The notes below the pieces were generated by a model that saw only the letters and a program-made list of their open reading frames with translations, was not told the DNA's origin and made no database searches. A stretch of 64,000 nucleotides of DNA from Rebecca billardiae RCC1528. Taxonomy: Eukaryota; Protista; Haptophyta. The DNA lies in NCBI GenBank assembly GCA_965240325.2, contig OZ251253.1:744001-808000 (forward strand), written 5' to 3'. Shown here piece after piece: positions 29,005 through 39,220 of this stretch. Position 1 is the first letter of the stretch; each line of letters opens with the position of its first letter. Both the position numbers and the translations under genes were made by a program.

Positions 29005-30915
29005 CGCGCTGCGCCGTGCTCGGCGGCGGCGCCGGCGCGCGCCGCGCGGCGTGCGTGGTGCGAGCCGTCTGCGCCGGCGTGCGCCGTCTGCCTCGCCTCG
29101 TCCGAGTCGTGCGCGTTGAGCGCGTGCGCCACGTGCAGCAGCCCCACGTACCCCTGCGCCAGCTCCGGCCCCAGCGCGGCCAGCTCCTCCGCCGCGCCCT
29201 TGAGCGCAGACGCGGCCGCGGCCAGGGCGGAGAAGTCGCCGACGCTGACGGCGCCGCGCTCGACCTCCCAGCCGCAGAGCAGCAGGGTGAGCGCGTAGAG
29301 CAGCGTGTTGAGCTGCGTCGCCGTGCGGCCCGCCACGTACGAGCAGAAGAACGAGTGGAACACCTGCACGCGCGCAGGGCCGGCGGGGTACGGGTACGGG
29401 TGCGGGCAGGGGTAAGGGGTAGGGTTGCGCCGCGCACACGTGTCGGGGCGGGGCGGGGCGCGCGGCAGCAGCGGGGCGCGCGGCGCGCGGCGGGCGCCCG
29501 GCGCGAGGTGCGCGCGCGCCGCGGCGCGACCCCGCGGCCTGCCGCGCGCGGCGCGCGCCGCCCCGCTCGGCCCGCACCCGCTGGTTGTGCACGTGCAGCG
29601 CGTCGGCAAACGTCTGCGCGTCGTGCCACGGCGCCGAGGGCCTCGGCTCGTGCGCCGAGCGCTGCGCCGCGCGGCGCGCGAGCGTGAGCGAGGCGAGGGT
29701 GCGCACGCGCGCGCCCCACTGGAGCACGCGGCCGGCGAGGTCGACGCAGTGCGCCTTGCGCCAGCCGAACAGCGGCACCACCGGCCCGACGCTCACCACC
29801 CCCAGCGCCAGCACCGCCGGGCCGATCGCGGTGCGCGCGTGCCGCACGCTGAACAGTGACACCGCCAGCAGCGCGGCCGCCGAGCAGAGGATGCGCGTGC
29901 CGGAGAAGAGCAAGCCCCACACGTGGTGCACCGCCGCGTACGCCGCGTCGAGCGCGAGCACGCCGCGCGTCGCCGGCCGCGCGCCCATCCCCAGCGCGCG
30001 CGCGCCGCCGCCGCGCGCGTCGGCGCCCGCGTCCGCGTCCGCGTCCGCCGGCTTGGCTCGCGCGGGCGCGGCGCGCCCGGCGTGTGCCGCCGCCGCGGCG
30101 TGCGCGTCGGACGCGGCCATCTGCGAGCGCATGAGGACGTGCATGAGCTCCTCGGTGGTGGAGGTGATCGGCACCGTCGCCTCGTACGCGTACGCCGCGC
30201 GCTGCTCCACCTCGAAGATCGCCACGTACGCGAGCACGAGCAGCAGCAGCCCGTCGAGCGCGCCCGCGCCGCGCGCGTGCTGCCCGCCCTCGCCCCCGCC
30301 CGCGCCCCCGCCCGCGCCCCCGCCCGCGCCCCCGCGCGCGACGCTGTTGACCTCGTCGACGACGTGGCCGAGGAGCGCGGAGATCGCGGCGGGGGCGAGG
30401 CCGCGGACGACCTGGCACGCGAGCGGCACGGCCGCCGCGCGCGCCTTCCGCCGCCACACGAAGCGCACGAACGCGGCGCACGCGCGCACCATGCCGACGC
30501 GCCGCGTGTCGAGCACGTCCGCGCCGCACGGCCACGGCCGCTCGGCGCCGAGCCACGCGCTGAGCGGCGGGATGGGCGGCGAGGAGATGTCGTGGGGCAC
30601 CGGCGCGTCGAGCCACATCCGGTTGCGGTACAGCCGCCACCAGCTCAGCGTGTACCGCCGCTCGCGCGCGAGCGCCGCCGGCAGCGCCGCGATGATGGCC
30701 TGCTCCTCGCCCGTCGCGCGCGGGTCGGTCACGAGGCGCGCGCGCGGCGCGCGCGCGAGCGGGCCCTCGGGGAAGCCGCGCGGCAGGCCGATGTCCTCCT
30801 GCCACGAGCGGTCCTCCACCGCCGGGTCGAACGCCTCGTCTGCCCCGACCCACGCGGCCGCGTCGTGCGCATCGTCAGCGTAGGACATCTCGTCGGCGGC
30901 GGCCCGCGCGGCCAT
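28464..30915 (-). CDS. ABC exporter-type transmembrane-domain protein with no visible nucleotide-binding domain; exons 30915-29578 and 29363-28464
   Basis: Several hydrophobic helices (LAPAAISALLGHVVD, LLLLVLAYVAIF) and a TM5-6 pattern LLLCGWEVERGAVSVGDFSAL. 214-nt GT-AG intron. Confidence 0.6.
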
Positions 30916-30966
30916 CGTTCTGATCCGGGCCCGGGCGACCTGCCGACCTTGGCTGACGACGCGACC

Positions 30967-31960
30967 TATCTCTTTGTTGGCCGAAGATACGCTAGCGTCC
31001 TTCCGACCACAAAATCGCGGAAAACGCCGCAATCGCTTGGTTTTCAGACCTCGGCCCCAGCGGCAAATGCGTTCAGCGACCTCGAAAACCTTGGGACCCG
31101 CTCGGGTTTGGGCGTCAGGTGCCGCAGGCGACCGTCCGACCGCCGGAACCGTCCAAAAGTCGAAGGACGCTAGCGTATCTTCCTTTTGAGGGTGCCGGTA
31201 GTACGCTAGCGCCGGCTATGTTCGAGACCTCAGAGGCTAAGACTTCAGCCAGAGGTGCCCCAGGAGGTGCCCAACATGATTGACTTAATGGGCAGCAAGC
31301 GCCGCGCACGTCAGAGAGCTCCACGACTGACGTTTTGAGAGACACGCTCAGCGACGCGCGGCGCGGGCTCGTCCGTCGTCGTCGGACGACCAACAGCACT
31401 GAGGGGTCACGGCGACAGCACACAGGGCGGGCTAGTCGGCGGGACGTGCGGCATTCGCGACTCCATCAACCGTTGACGAGCGCGCGGTGGCAGCGGCGCG
31501 CTGGTCGCACCTGCAACGCCCTGCTCAGGCACCGCGGCCACCGCGCTGCTGGCCACGCCCACGGCTCGCGCCGCAGCGGCCGCGCATAGCTTGCACTGGC
31601 GCAATTGGCGTGGCGTGCGGCAGCGCGGTGGCACTCGGGGCGATGACGTTGACAATGATAAGTTGCCCCATCGCCACAGCCCGCTCGAAGCCCTGCGCCG
31701 CGCCGCTTTCCTCCGCCTCACGCCGCGCAGCGCCGCAGTCATCCAAATCACGACCGTCGTCGAGCGCGGTCGCCTCTGGAGGGCCGTCGTCGGCATCAGA
31801 AGAGAAGGTCTCGTCATGTGAGTTGTCGTTGAGGTCCCAGGCATCAATCGCGCCCGCGGCCGCCCTCGCGCGCGCCCCCTACGCGCCGTCAGAGCTCACG
31901 CGCGCCGGGGCGCCATCGAAGATACGCTAGCGTATCTTCCCCGCGGCCAACAAAGAGATA
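30967..31960. mobile_element. ~1-kb MITE-like element with TIR TATCTCTTTGTTGGCCG and subterminal palindromes
   Basis: 17-bp perfect inverted ends (30967-30983 and 31944-31960). The motif GAAGATACGCTAGCGT(A/C) recurs at ~30983, ~31162 (inverted) and 31918-31939 (perfect 22-bp palindrome). Confidence 0.78.
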
Positions 31961-32240
31961 CATTCCCTACTACATCCTCATCCTGTCGGCGCGCTGTCGC
32001 ATCGGCGCCCAGTCGGCGAGTTCGGACGACGACGTTTTGTGGACGACGGTGGGGCGAGGACGACGGGCGCTGGCGCGCCGCGAGGCGGCCGCAGCCCTCA
32101 TCCAGGCCTCGCAGGCGGACGGCTGAACGATTTTTTCCGGCGGCGCTACCATCGGCGACGGCTTCATGGGCGGTGACAGTTGGCGGGTGTCAATCTCGCC
32201 TGCCTGAGCTGTGTGCGTCTCTTATTCTTAGTAAACTGTA
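31959..32240 (+). mobile_element. ~280-bp dispersed repeat (copy 2)
   Basis: Near-identical to 11657-11958. Confidence 0.85.
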
Positions 32241-32270
32241 GCTAGACTGGGGACAGCTGTAAGCTGTTAG

Positions 32271-32315
32271 TACACGCCTTAACCAAGTGTGCACGTTAAA
32301 ACATAGTAAACTGTA
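32271..32315 (+). repeat. Short dispersed repeat ending TAGTAAACTGTA (copy 2)
   Basis: Near-identical to 11506-11544. Confidence 0.75.
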
Positions 32316-32758
32316 CACACCTGCAGATTTTTTAAATTCCCCTTTATAACGGGCTCCGGGTGATCAGACTGGCGGCCGAAGCCTCCAGCCCTACCCTGGC
32401 CAGCCCCCAACCAACCACCACCCTCACCCAACCTCAAACCACTGACCGATACACCGAGTGCCTTGACACCACTCCGCTGTGGACAGCCCGCCTCCAGAGG
32501 GGGCGGGGGTATGCCATTGCCGACAGCATACAAGCCCAACACAGAGTGAGAGTGCAGTTTGTACAGTCGTCTGCTGACCGAAGCTGCTCGCCGCGCCCGT
32601 CGGGGATGCTCACACTCTCACAGCCACAGTCGTCAGTATCGCGCGCCCTGCGCGCAGCCACGCGCCCACCCCCCACGCGCCGCGCGCACCATCACCCGCC
32701 GTGGGCGCGCCCGCTGCGGCGCAGCAGCGGCTCCGCCTCCACACCGGCCAGCAGCGCG

Positions 32759-34198
32759 TCACACGGCGTGCTGCTCGGCCGCGCTCACGGCCGCGGGCAG
32801 CGGCGCGGGCTCGACCGGCCCGTCGGCGGGCGCGGCGCGCGGCGACGGCGGCGAGGCGGCGCCCATCAGCTGCGGGAACGAGCGCCGGCGCCCGCCGCCG
32901 CGCGAGCCGCCGCGCGAGCCGTCGGCCTCGTCGCCCGACGTGAGCGGCGTGCCGCCCCGGCTCCCGCGCCGCGCCGCCCGCGCCGCGCCCGCGCCGCTGT
33001 CCGCCGCCCTGAGGAATCGCATCGTCTCAGACAGCTGCGCCACGTCCTCCGGCTTGCGCGGAAGTCCGGCCGCGTGGCGGAGTCCGGCGAAGTGGCGGCC
33101 GCACGGCGGCGGCAGCGCGAGCGTCTTGAGCGCGAGCATCGCCACGTTCGACAGCGGCGCCCGCCAGAACCGGTCCGACCCCGGCGAGTACGCGGGCGGC
33201 ATCTCATCCGGCTCGAAGGGACGGAAGGCGGGGTCGCGCCACGCCTGCAGCTCGGCCGAGGTGGGCGCGCGCGCGCGCGCGCGCGGCGTGGCGGCGCCGC
33301 CGGCTTCGACGGAGCCGCCGGTCTCCGACGCGGCGTCGGCGAGCTTGGCCGCGAACGCGTCGGCCACGTCCTCGTCCGACGGCGCCGCCGACGAGCGCCC
33401 GCGCCGCTGCGGCTGCGCGCGGCCGTCGCGCGGCCGGCTGTGCTTGGCGCGCAACACGGAGCGCTCGGCCGCGCGCGCCATCGCGGCGACGATGACGGCC
33501 TGCCACGCCTGGCGCACGATCGACGGCCCGCGGGAGAGCTCGCGCAGCCGCTCCGCCTCGATCGAGAACGTGCGCACCTCCGAGCGCGCGATCGCCACCA
33601 TGTCCGCCTCCACAAACCCCACGTGCGTGCCGAAGAGGTTGAGGTAGCGAAACTCGAACAGGTCGCCCGAGAAGAGCTGGAACGAGCGCGAGCCGTCGGG
33701 CACGGTGACGGTGGCGTCGACGTGGCCCTGGATGACGATGTGCACGCGTTTTCCCGTGCTCCCGTCGGTGATCACGTCCCCGGGCGCGTACTCGCGGAAC
33801 TCCGCGCCCGCCAGCACCTGGCTCTTGAAGAGCAGCCGCGTGATCCCGGAGCGGCGGTAGAACATGCGGTACAGCTCCTCCTCGGGCTCGGAGAGGTGGA
33901 CGGCGCGCTCGTCGCGGAGGAGGTGCACGAACGACGCGCCGTGCACGTAGATCCCGAGCAGCGACCACACCACCGTGTCCAGCGCCACAAAGTGCGGCGT
34001 GGACACAAAGCCGGGCCAGAGCGGGAAGCCGGTGAGCGCGTTGGCGAGCAGGCCGCAGTAGCCGAGCAGCAGGCAGAGGCGGATGATGAGCAGGTCGGCG
34101 AAGACGCCCGCGCACAGGAAGGACAGGTTGGCCAGCTGGCCCACCACGCCGGCGGGCGTGCCGAGCAGCACGCCGCCGCCGCCGCCGCCGTCGGACAT
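32759..34198 (-). CDS. Popeye-like membrane protein with a cyclic-nucleotide-binding-like domain
   Basis: Three N-terminal hydrophobic helices (LANLSFLCAGVFADLLIIRL...), then ERAVHLSEPEEELYRMF and a cNMP-type barrel EFREYAPGDVI...VHIVIQGHV...SGDLF. Confidence 0.75.
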   Translation of the reverse strand: MSDGGGGGGVLLGTPAGVVGQLANLSFLCAGVFADLLIIRLCLLLGYCGLLANALTGFPLWPGFVSTPHFVALDTVVWSLLGIYVHGASFVHLLRDERAVHLSEPEEELYRMFYRRSGITRLLFKSQVLAGAEFREYAPGDVITDGSTGKRVHIVIQGHVDATVTVPDGSRSFQLFSGDLFEFRYLNLFGTHVGFVEADMVAIARSEVRTFSIEAERLRELSRGPSIVRQAWQAVIVAAMARAAERSVLRAKHSRPRDGRAQPQRRGRSSAAPSDEDVADAFAAKLADAASETGGSVEAGGAATPRARARAPTSAELQAWRDPAFRPFEPDEMPPAYSPGSDRFWRAPLSNVAMLALKTLALPPPCGRHFAGLRHAAGLPRKPEDVAQLSETMRFLRAADSGAGAARAARRGSRGGTPLTSGDEADGSRGGSRGGGRRRSFPQLMGAASPPSPRAAPADGPVEPAPLPAAVSAAEQHAV

Positions 34199-34328
34199 GG
34201 CGGCCGGGCTCCGGCTCGAGCAAGGCGCCACCACGCGTGCACGGCAGCGCTCAAGATTCGCCCCGCTCGGCTGCTGCCCACGGGCGCGGCAGGACCGGCA
34301 CTGGCCGTCCACGGCCAGGCCGACAGCA

Positions 34329-35279
34329 ATGGCGACGGTCACCTTGCCAAATGGCGTTGAGATGCCGGCGCTCGGCTTCGGCTGCGCCTTCGGCAACTGG
34401 ACAAACGCCGATGAGTTCCTCGGCTTCACACCCGAGGAGGCGTGGCCCGCGATCGCCAAGGCGATCCGCGCGGGCTTCAAGCACTTTGACACTGCGCTGG
34501 TGTACGGCACGCAGCGCGCACTTGGCACGCAGCTGGGCATGGCGTACGCGGACGGGACGCTGCGTCGATCGGACGTATTCATCACCACCAAGGTGTTCCA
34601 CCCTCCAGCGGGCATCGCGCTCAACACCCTGGGCAACACGCTCGACATGACCGACACCGCCATCGACGTGCCCGCGCGAGTCCGGCACGACGTCGAGCGC
34701 TGCCTCGACGAGCTCGGGCACGGGCGCGTGGACCTGCTCCTGATGCACTGGCCCGGCGCCGGGAGCGACGCCGCGCTCAACCGCAGCCTGCGCAGGCAGT
34801 GCTGGCGGGTGTTTGAGGAGCTGTACGAGCGCAAGCTCACGCGCGCGATCGGCGTGTCCAACTTCACGGCGCGCCACCTGCAGCAGCTGCTGGAGGACGG
34901 GTGCGCGGTGCGCCCGCACGTCAACCAGGTCGAGGTCTCGCCCTATTACGCGAACGCCGAGACGGTCGACTTCTGCAAGGAGCACGGCATCGTCGTCGAG
35001 GCATGGGCGCCATTCGGCTCAGGCGCGACGGGCGTGCTGCAGGACACGCTGCTCAACGACCTCGCCGCCAAGCACGGGCGGAACGTCGGCCAGGTCGTCC
35101 TGCGCTGGCTCTCGCAGCGCGGCATCGTCTCCCTCCCGAAGAGCTCCAGCCTCGAGCGCATGCGCAGCAATCTCGACATCTTCGACTTTGAGCTCACGGC
35201 GGACGAGGTTGGCCAGATCTCTGCGCTCGACAAGGGCCGCAGCTCGGTGCCGAGCAACGAGGCATCGACCATCGCGTAA
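34329..35279 (+). CDS. Aldo-keto reductase
   Basis: MPALGFG, HFDTALVY, VFITTKV, DLLLMHWP, AIGVSNF, NQVE, LPKS, NLDIFDFEL. Confidence 0.95.
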   Translation: MATVTLPNGVEMPALGFGCAFGNWTNADEFLGFTPEEAWPAIAKAIRAGFKHFDTALVYGTQRALGTQLGMAYADGTLRRSDVFITTKVFHPPAGIALNTLGNTLDMTDTAIDVPARVRHDVERCLDELGHGRVDLLLMHWPGAGSDAALNRSLRRQCWRVFEELYERKLTRAIGVSNFTARHLQQLLEDGCAVRPHVNQVEVSPYYANAETVDFCKEHGIVVEAWAPFGSGATGVLQDTLLNDLAAKHGRNVGQVVLRWLSQRGIVSLPKSSSLERMRSNLDIFDFELTADEVGQISALDKGRSSVPSNEASTIA

Positions 35280-35589
35280 GTGCGCGCGGGCCCGGATCGG
35301 ACGACGAGTAGGGATACGTCCGGACCGAGGGCGAAATCTCGGCCGCCATCGCGGAGCCCATCAAATCGACCGCGCCGGCGGTTCCCGGGCCCCGCCAATG
35401 GCGGGGCGTATATGCTCACGGTGCGATGCTACTGCCTGTTCGTCAGAATCTGATGCCACGATGACGAGACAGTCGTCATGATGACGACGATGAGTGTCAG
35501 AGTGATGCTGCGGATGACGACTGCTTGTCCGTTGTCGACTATAAGCCTGAATAAGGCCCCGCCCTCACGCGGCACTCCGCCCAGCAGCA

Positions 35590-35643
35590 CTATTAATATA
35601 CATCGTATATATATATATTAATATATGCCATATATGACATTAT

Positions 35644-35689
<46 letters not shown>

Positions 35690-35700
35690 GGCATATATTA
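35590..35700. repeat. (TA)n microsatellite region
   Basis: Directly visible, between convergent genes. Confidence 0.9.
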
Positions 35701-35959
35701 GCGCATCGTCAGGCGCCGGCGGTGCGTCATATCATCAGTCCCCGCGCGCCGCCGGGCGGCCCGGGACACGGTCACGGGACATATCGACCGCGTCTCGATC
35801 GGCCCGGCCGTGACGCCGTCTGCGCGGATGCCGGGAATATGGGACGATGATGGACGATGATATGATCGATCTGCCAGTCGCGGCACGGTATTAGCGCAGC
35901 ACTCATCGCCACGATCGTCGCGCGTCATCGCGCGCAGTATCGCGCGCGCACGCCCCGCG

Positions 35960-37174
35960 TCAGGTCACAGCGGGCGGCTCACCCGCACTCGCCGCCAGCG
36001 GCTCGACCGTCGGCCGCTCGGCGCCGCGTGCGCGCGGCGCGGCCGCGAGCGCGCGCGCGGCCGCGTCCGCGGCGGTCGGCACGCGCCACGACGCGTGCGC
36101 GGGCGCGTCGGGCGCGAGGCGCTCGCCGAGCATGCCGAGCGAGACGGAGAGCGAGAGCACGCGCTTGAACGCCGCGCGCTTCGCGTTCGACGCCTCCTCC
36201 GGCCCGAGCTCCGGCCCCACCACGTTGAGCAGCGCGCCGGTCGCGGTTGTGCGGCACTCCTGGTCGGTCGCAAACAGCAGGTCCGTGAGGGGCCCGGCCG
36301 CGTCGAGCGCTCGGATCTGCTCGCGGGCGAGGGTCTCGCGCGCGAGGTTCTGCAGGGCGCCGGCGGCGGAGGCGCACGGCTGCGCCGCCGGCGCGCGGAG
36401 CAGCGCGACCAGCGGGCCGATCGCCCCCGCCTCGCGCAGCGGGCCGATCGCGGCGGGCTCAGAGCTCAAGTTGTGCACCGCGCCGACAGCGCGCGTGCGC
36501 ACGCGCGCGTCCGCGTCGGCGAGGAGCGGCACGAGGGGCGGGCCGGCGCCGGCGGCGACGGCGGCCTCGCGCCCGTCCTTCTGGTACGCGATCGACTGGA
36601 TCGCCCCCGCCGCGTTCGCGCGCACGTCCGCCCGCCCCGTGCGCAGGTGCGGCAGCAGCAGCGCCACGCACCGCCGGCCCAGCGCCAGCTGCACATTGGC
36701 GAGCTCGTAGCACAGGTTGAGCAGCACGTTGCACGCCTCGGCGGTGGCGCGCTCGGAGGGCGGCGCGGCGAGGAGCTCGCACAGCGCGCCCATCGTCCGC
36801 GCGCCCAGCCGCTCGCGGTTGCCCTCCTTCCGGCTCAGGATCTTGAGCGCGAGCAGCGCGCCCACCACGAGCCGCTCGTGGCCCGCGCGCACCGCCGCGC
36901 CGAGCAGCGGGCCGACGGCGCGCGTGTCGTCCACGCCGCCGGCGATGAAGTTGGGCGAGCTCGCGGGGTGCTCGTTCGCCGAGACGAACGCCTCGAGCGC
37001 GTGCATCAGCTTGTTCGGCCGCGACTCGACCGCGTCCGGGTGTCGGCGCAGCAGCTCGCTCACCTCGTCGATCGACGAGAACGGCGGCGGCGGTGCGGAC
37101 GGGTCGGCGGGGAGGAGGAAGGCGGAGGCGGACGCGTCGCGGTGGAGGGCGGAGCGCGAGGTGACGCCGTGCAT
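35960..37174 (-). CDS. Armadillo-repeat protein
   Basis: Repeats ANAAGAIQSIA, RAVGAVHNLS, EAGAIGPLVALL and SAAGALQNLA. Confidence 0.88.
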   Translation of the reverse strand: MHGVTSRSALHRDASASAFLLPADPSAPPPPFSSIDEVSELLRRHPDAVESRPNKLMHALEAFVSANEHPASSPNFIAGGVDDTRAVGPLLGAAVRAGHERLVVGALLALKILSRKEGNRERLGARTMGALCELLAAPPSERATAEACNVLLNLCYELANVQLALGRRCVALLLPHLRTGRADVRANAAGAIQSIAYQKDGREAAVAAGAGPPLVPLLADADARVRTRAVGAVHNLSSEPAAIGPLREAGAIGPLVALLRAPAAQPCASAAGALQNLARETLAREQIRALDAAGPLTDLLFATDQECRTTATGALLNVVGPELGPEEASNAKRAAFKRVLSLSVSLGMLGERLAPDAPAHASWRVPTAADAAARALAAAPRARGAERPTVEPLAASAGEPPAVT

Positions 37175-37288
37175 GCCGCGTGCGCGCCGGCCGAGCGCAG
37201 CGCGCGCCCGCCGAGCGCACCGCGCGCGCCCCCCGGGTGGTGTGTGCAGAGGGCGGCAACGGCAGGTTCAGGTGCAGTCGAGCTGACG

Positions 37289-39067
37289 ATGGCAGCCATG
37301 CGCCGCTCGTCGGGCTGGCTGCTCGCCGGCGCGGCGCTGCTCGGGGCGGCGGCCAAGACGCAGCCGCCGCCCCCCGACGCGCTGCTCGGAGCGGCGGCCA
37401 AGACGCAGCCGCCGCCCCCCGACGCGCAGCCGCCCGCCGCCGTGCGCCTCGCGATCGGCGTCATCTCCGCGCCCGGCCGCGAGCGGCTGCGCGCCGACGC
37501 GCGCGGCACGTGGGCGGCGCGCGCGCTCGTGCCGCCGGACGTGGCGCTGCGCTTCGTGCTGCCCCCGCGCGCGGCGGCGGGCGAGGCGGCGCTGCGCGAG
37601 GCGGCGGCGCACGCGGACATCCTCTTCACCAACGCCACCGACGGCCGCGCCACCGCCGCGTGGCGCAAGCAGTGGGCCTGGCTCGCGCACGCGCTCCGCC
37701 TCTTCCCGCGCGCGCTGTGGGTGGCCAAGCTCGAGGACGACGTGTTCGCGGACGTGCGCGCGCTGCGCGAGCTGCTCGGCGCGGCGTGGCTCGACCCGGC
37801 GCGCGAGACGATCGTGGGCACGTGGGAGTACTTCTCCTGGGCCGAGGCGTCGGGCTGCCCCGTCGGCTTCGGGACGAGCCTCTCGGGCGCGCGCGCGCAG
37901 TGGGCGGCCAAGTGCACGGCGGAGAACAGCGCGCGCGCCAACGACACGTGCTTCGGCCCGTTCGCCTTCCCCAAGGCGTCGGGCGTCGCGCTCTCCGCCC
38001 CCGCGCTGCGCGCGCTGCTCGCCTCCGGCGCCGCGGCCGACGCGGCGCAGCCCTCGCCGCCCGTGTGCGACGGCCGGCGCGCGGGTGCCGTGAAGGCGGA
38101 GCTCGAGCCCCGGCTGAGCGGCCGGTTCCGGGGGACTCGGCCGGAGGACGTGTGGCTGGGGTACGCGCTGGCGAGGCACGTGGCGCACGCGGCGCTCACG
38201 CTCGTCGACCTCGGCCCGCCGCTGCACGTGGACAGCACGTACGCCAAGGGCGGCGTGAGCGCGGTCACGCTGCTGATGCACGACAAGATGAAGACCGCCC
38301 TCACCGCCCGGTGGCGCGGGGCGGTGCTCGGCCCGCCCGCGCCCGCGCGCGCGCCCGCGCGCGCGCAGCCCTCCCACGCCCTCGAGACTGGCAAGAGCGC
38401 CGTGCGCGCAGCGCAGGGCGCGGGCGGAGCGAGCGCAGACGGCGGCGGCGGAGGGGCGGGCGGCGGGGTCGGTGCGGACGCGCCGCGGGGCGACGGCACC
38501 GGCGGCGGGGCCGCGCCGCCGGGCGTGCGCGTGCACACCGCGCTGCACACCGCGCTGCCCGACCGCGCCGGCCTGCTCTCGCGCGTGCGGCGCGCGCACG
38601 TGCTGCGCACGCGCCAGCCGCTGCGGCTGCTGGCCGAGTGGCGGGTGTCGCTGCACGCCGTGCGGCAGGGCGCGGCCGCGCGGCCGCTCGAGCTGTCCGA
38701 CGCGGCGCGCGCGCAGCTGGTGGGCGGAGGGCTCGACCCGCGCGAGGGCAAGCAGGGAGACGCGCTGTGGCCGCGCCGCTGGGCGCTGTACCGCGCGGGC
38801 CTGGTGGTGGAGCGCGCGGCGGACGGCGCGCGGCCGCTGCTGCTCGAGACGAAGGGGGCGCTGGACCAGGGGGGCGTGCTGTCGCGCTACGCCTTCGAGA
38901 ACGCCTCGGCTGCGCTCGCGCGCGAGCGGGCAGCAGCGGCGCGCCACGCCTTCACGAACTCCCCGGCCGAGATCGCGCGCCGGCGGCAAGCGGCGGCGAA
39001 CCGAGCTCGCAGGAGGGAAGAGGCAGAAAAGGCGGCGGCAGGCCAAAAGAAAAACACAGCATCGTAA
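37289..39067 (+). CDS. GT31-type glycosyltransferase (galactosyltransferase-like)
   Basis: Signal peptide, AIGVISAP...RADARGTW, LRFVL, EAAAHADI, VAKLEDDVF, PEDVWLG. A 39-bp duplication encodes LLGAAAKTQPPPPDA twice. Confidence 0.82.
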   Translation: MAAMRRSSGWLLAGAALLGAAAKTQPPPPDALLGAAAKTQPPPPDAQPPAAVRLAIGVISAPGRERLRADARGTWAARALVPPDVALRFVLPPRAAAGEAALREAAAHADILFTNATDGRATAAWRKQWAWLAHALRLFPRALWVAKLEDDVFADVRALRELLGAAWLDPARETIVGTWEYFSWAEASGCPVGFGTSLSGARAQWAAKCTAENSARANDTCFGPFAFPKASGVALSAPALRALLASGAAADAAQPSPPVCDGRRAGAVKAELEPRLSGRFRGTRPEDVWLGYALARHVAHAALTLVDLGPPLHVDSTYAKGGVSAVTLLMHDKMKTALTARWRGAVLGPPAPARAPARAQPSHALETGKSAVRAAQGAGGASADGGGGGAGGGVGADAPRGDGTGGGAAPPGVRVHTALHTALPDRAGLLSRVRRAHVLRTRQPLRLLAEWRVSLHAVRQGAAARPLELSDAARAQLVGGGLDPREGKQGDALWPRRWALYRAGLVVERAADGARPLLLETKGALDQGGVLSRYAFENASAALARERAAAARHAFTNSPAEIARRRQAAANRARRREEAEKAAAGQKKNTAS

Positions 39068-39220
39068 AAACTGAAAAAAGTGGCAGGGTTCGTCGCGCAG
39101 CATGCGGCCGTTTGGCCAACCGCCGCGCGGAACTGGCGGGCGCGGCCGGAACCGAGCGCCTGCCGCCGGCCGACGGACGGGCGGCCCAACGCCCCGCGCG
39201 CAGCCAGCAGACCCGTCCCG

